The notes below the pieces were generated by a model. That model did no database searches, was not told where the DNA came from, and saw only the letters and a program-made list of their open reading frames with translations. Position numbers and translations under genes: made by a program. This document shows positions 60,740 to 64,000 of a stretch of DNA of 64,000 nt, one piece after another (within the stretch, counting starts at the first letter, position 1; every line of letters begins with the position of its first letter). This stretch comes from Vicinamibacteria bacterium (GTDB lineage Bacteria; Acidobacteriota; Vicinamibacteria; Marinacidobacterales; Marinacidobacteraceae). The stretch covers positions 1,312,001 to 1,376,000 of the forward strand of contig CAXXLQ010000004.1 in the NCBI GenBank assembly GCA_963668695.2. The letters are read 5' to 3'.

Positions 60740-62305
60740 GTGCGGCTCGTATTCGTAACCCCCCGCTTTCGGGCGAGGGACGCGACCTTGCCGGAATTGC
60801 TCGCGGCCGAGTTGGCCGACCGGGCGCCGGGTGGTTGGCGGACCACCGTCCTTACAACCACGGCGGCCGGCAATTCCCGGGAACCCTTTCGCGACGGAGA
60901 AATCCAGGAGAAGGGAGTCCGGGTGGTGCGCTTCCCGGCGGAGATTCCTTCGCCGTCCGGATCCGACGGCCAAGCCGCGCCCGACCTGCTGAGGTCTTCC
61001 GACCTCGTCGAGCATCTGCGGGATCGATCGAACGACTACGACCTGGTGGTGTTGTTCGGGTCGTCGCTCGTTTGCCTGGAAGCGGCGAAGGTCGATCCCG
61101 GACGTACGGTCCTGCTGCCGTTTATCGACGAGGAGGCGGTCGCCTCCAGCGATTCGCAGATCTTCCGCCATCCCGCCGCGTTCGTCTTCGGCAGCGAAGC
61201 GGAGGAAGTCCTGATTCTGAAGCGCTACCAGGTCCACCGTCGTATGCGGGAAACCATCGCGGGGGCCCTCCTGCTCCCGCGTACTGCCGATGGGTCGGCG
61301 TTCCGTCAGCGGACCGGTCTGACCGGGCACTATCTGTTGTCGGCTGGCCCGCTCGAGCCGGGCCGTGGCGTAGAGGAACTGCTGCGGTTCTTCTCCACGT
61401 TCAGAGACCGCCATCCGGATTCAGCTCTGGAACTCGTGTTACTGGGACCCGCGGCGTTGCGCATTCCGAAACGCCCGGACATCCGGGTGGTAAGCCCCAA
61501 AAACACGCCGGAACGTCTGGATGTTGTCGGCGGGGCCCTCGTGGCCGTGATCCCGGAGCGGCTTGCCGCATTTTCTACGACGGCAGCCGAGCCATTTTCC
61601 CTCGGCGTACCGATCCTGGTGAACGCGTCCGCGACGGGGCTTGCCGAGGATTGCCGGGCCTCGGGCGGCGGTCTCTACTACCAGAACTACGACGAGTTCG
61701 AGCTCATTCTCGAGCTCGGTCTGCGGGATCCGTCCCTGTTTGCCCGGATGGGCAAGGCCGGCCGCGGGTTCCTGCAATCCCGGCACGATTGGGATCTGGT
61801 GCTGGCGCGCTACGACGGGGCTTTCCGCAGCTTCGCCCGGCCCTCGCGCACGTCCGTGGACGCGTCGTCAGGCGAGCCGATCCCCGTCCGGGCAACACCG
61901 GACACCCGGGTCCCGGAGCAGGAGGTGGAAGCGCCGGCCCCGACCTCTTTCTTCGAGGCCAGCGCCCGGCGGCCACACCCCGCGGGGCGCGCCTTCCTGG
62001 TTTCGGAGGGAGAATCGGCCGAGGGGGACTCGGACGAGAGCCCACCGCAGCCCGGATCGGGCAGCGAATCGGAGCCGGCCACCGAGCCGTCCGAGGGATC
62101 ACGAGCAGAGGCTTCGCCTCCCGATGAATCCGCGGAAACTTCCGAGCTGCAGGCGGCGCCGGAGGTCGAGTCGGAGACGGAAGAGCCTGCGGCTTCCGAT
62201 CAGGACCCGGGACTGTCCGCATCTGAGGATGCTGACGCCGAGCACGAAACCCGAACCGGAGACGCCTCCCTTCCCAATTTCTTCCGTAGTTCCCTCCGGG
62301 ACTGA
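60740..62305 (+). CDS. GT4-like glycosyltransferase homolog with degenerate motifs and an acidic tail
   Basis: RLVFVTPRF, VLTTT, GVRVVRFP, GPLEPGRGV, GVPILVN, SGGGLYY and MGKAGR. Confidence 0.75.
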   Translation: MRLVFVTPRFRARDATLPELLAAELADRAPGGWRTTVLTTTAAGNSREPFRDGEIQEKGVRVVRFPAEIPSPSGSDGQAAPDLLRSSDLVEHLRDRSNDYDLVVLFGSSLVCLEAAKVDPGRTVLLPFIDEEAVASSDSQIFRHPAAFVFGSEAEEVLILKRYQVHRRMRETIAGALLLPRTADGSAFRQRTGLTGHYLLSAGPLEPGRGVEELLRFFSTFRDRHPDSALELVLLGPAALRIPKRPDIRVVSPKNTPERLDVVGGALVAVIPERLAAFSTTAAEPFSLGVPILVNASATGLAEDCRASGGGLYYQNYDEFELILELGLRDPSLFARMGKAGRGFLQSRHDWDLVLARYDGAFRSFARPSRTSVDASSGEPIPVRATPDTRVPEQEVEAPAPTSFFEASARRPHPAGRAFLVSEGESAEGDSDESPPQPGSGSESEPATEPSEGSRAEASPPDESAETSELQAAPEVESETEEPAASDQDPGLSASEDADAEHETRTGDASLPNFFRSSLRD

Positions 62306-62329
62306 GGGTCCGCCTCCGCGCGGACTCAG

Positions 62330-62439
62330 CAGCCGGTAGTGAAACCCACGCGGCCCAGTTCTCCCGGTGGGGGCTCGAGCGGCGATTCAGCCGGGCGCCT
62401 CCCCGCTCTCGGCGCTCACCCGGGTTCCACCACAGGCTG
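62330..62439 (+). mobile_element. Internally deleted MITE (family A)
   Basis: CAGCCGGTAG...CCACAGGCTG-CTAG; the flank is the GH20 stop. Confidence 0.8.
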
Positions 62440-64000
62440 CTAGGGAGCGAGAGAACGGGACGCTCTCCGGAGCGCCGTTACCGCGCCCTGAAAGAGCTTC
62501 CGGGCCGTTCCGACGCCTTCTGGCCGATTCGTCCGTAACCACAGGTGGCGGAACCGCCTGGCGAGCTCGAGTTGCCGCTCCGCGAGCGAGGTCAACTCTT
62601 CTGCCAGTCGGCGGTCTTCCGGCGTTCCCCCCCGTGCGGCCTGACGGAGGCGGATGGTGGCGAGCCCGCGTTCGGCGCCGAGCAGCGAGGCGTCCAGTGC
62701 GAATCGCCATTCCGCGCCCGATGGGCCCGAGGGCAGACCGTGCGCATTTGCCTCCTCCGCCAGGCGGTGCAGTTCCTCCAGGGTCTTTTCCAGCGCTTCC
62801 CGGGTAGGAGCGCGGGAGCTCCTCGTGAGCCGGGTTTCAAAGAAGACCGTCTTCAACGGCGAATGATTGAAATGCCGGAACCCCGCGTTGTGGAGCCGTC
62901 CGAGCCGCGCGGCGAAATCACCGGAGAACCCGGACGCATCCCCCGCGACGTGCTCCGAGAACGCGGCGGCGAGTTCGCTCTCGGGCCGGTCCTCGTCGCC
63001 CCAGGCGGCTTGGGCGCCGGCCGCGATCGGGAAGAGTGAGCCGCCAAACAGGTTGAAGTGGCCGCCGTCTCCCCAGTCGGTAACGATGAGCCCCGAAGCC
63101 CCGAAGCGTTTCGCGGCACGCGCGTGTCCCCGGATGTTGGGCAAAGAGGTATCGAATCTCGGGAACAGACTGCTCCAGGAAGAAGTTCCGGCCACCGTCA
63201 GGAAGTCGCGGCCCGCGTCCCGGAAGCGCTCCACCCGGTCGAACTCGTGGTCCGGTTCGTACCACCAGTCGGCGAGCGTGATGTCCGGATCGAGGAGGTC
63301 CAGGGCTTCCGGATGATCCGCGAGCACGTCCGCCCAGATCATCGGGCGCTTCCCGAGGTCGCGCGCCATTCCCGCGACGCGGTTCACGTGTCCCGCGAAT
63401 ACCGCCGCGGGTCCCTCGCGCTCGGCGCGCTCCCGCGAGAGCCCCTTCCCGAGGTCCACCGGTTCGTCGCAGTTGATGTGAGCCCACTGCGAGGCAAAGT
63501 TGGGGAGGTATTCCTCCAGCAGGTCGCGGAGCAGCGGGTAGGTTCCCGCGGCCTCCGGCGAAACGGACCAGAGCCGGTCCGATTCCGCGAGGTGGCGATA
63601 GCGAGCTTTCTCCAGGATCCGCCGGAAATGGCCGAACGTCTGAAGACAGGGGACGAGGTCTACGCCCCAGCGGCGGGCGTAAGCGTCGAGCTCCCGGATT
63701 TCGGGTGCCGAATAGCCCCCCGATCCCGCGCCGATCTCGGGGTGCTTCTCGAACTGGAAGGTGTGCTCGGTGTAGAGCAGGAGTTCGTTGTAGCGGAGGC
63801 GGGCGAGGACTTCGATGAGCCAGCGGATGGTTTCCGGGCGGGGGACCTTCCCCCGGGAGATGTCGAGCAGGAAACCGCGCCGCCGGAGGGCGGGAGCGTC
63901 CTGGATGAGGACGGCCGGAATCCTGCCGTCCGGGCAGGCGAGCTGCGCGAGCGCCTCCGCCCCGTAGCGGAGTCCGGCAGAATCTCCCTGGAGCAGGACG
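62440..64000 (-). CDS. GH20-family beta-N-acetylhexosaminidase-like protein (5' end off window)
   Basis: Frame stays open to the window edge: RRGFLLDISRGKVP, LYTEHTF, QTFGH, HINCDE (catalytic DE) and TDWGDGGH. Confidence 0.9.
   Translation of the reverse strand, partial: VLLQGDSAGLRYGAEALAQLACPDGRIPAVLIQDAPALRRRGFLLDISRGKVPRPETIRWLIEVLARLRYNELLLYTEHTFQFEKHPEIGAGSGGYSAPEIRELDAYARRWGVDLVPCLQTFGHFRRILEKARYRHLAESDRLWSVSPEAAGTYPLLRDLLEEYLPNFASQWAHINCDEPVDLGKGLSRERAEREGPAAVFAGHVNRVAGMARDLGKRPMIWADVLADHPEALDLLDPDITLADWWYEPDHEFDRVERFRDAGRDFLTVAGTSSWSSLFPRFDTSLPNIRGHARAAKRFGASGLIVTDWGDGGHFNLFGGSLFPIAAGAQAAWGDEDRPESELAAAFSEHVAGDASGFSGDFAARLGRLHNAGFRHFNHSPLKTVFFETRLTRSSRAPTREALEKTLEELHRLAEEANAHGLPSGPSGAEWRFALDASLLGAERGLATIRLRQAARGGTPEDRRLAEELTSLAERQLELARRFRHLWLRTNRPEGVGTARKLFQGAVTALRRASRSLAP

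Noticed and set aside
1-64000. tRNA, rRNA, tmRNA, SRP, integrase or prophage genes
   Set aside because: No recognisable signatures by eye; a covariance-model scan would be needed to exclude small RNAs.

Overview
High-GC bacterial chromosomal window. The gene style (acidobacterial-type VWA protein, secreted TPR proteins, split cytochrome b with multiheme c) suggests Acidobacteriota; this is inference only. In order it holds three tandem secreted TPR paralogs, an amidase, and a trpDCFBA operon preceded by a candidate Trp leader peptide and followed by a DAHP-synthase homolog lacking key catalytic residues. Next come a Rieske/cytochrome b6-type complex with an octaheme cytochrome c and A1 heme-copper oxidase, several peptidases, an iodotyrosine-deiodinase homolog, ypdA, and the purDE...purBSQLF cluster interrupted by rlmN and an AAA ATPase. 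The window ends with rpsU, pta, a degenerate GT4 and a partial GH20. I found no rRNA, tRNA, CRISPR array or transposase. The most unusual signal is non-coding. A ~179-bp TA-flanked MITE family (10 elements at 9 loci plus one solo end) sits at stop codons and operon junctions, has inserted in-frame in one gene and has rewritten the C-terminus of another. A 15-bp core (AGTTCTCCCGGTGGG, about 22 copies, GGCC-flanked at the cleanest sites) is inserted inside these MITEs and inside an unrelated REP-like family. Coordinates and copy counts were determined by eye.
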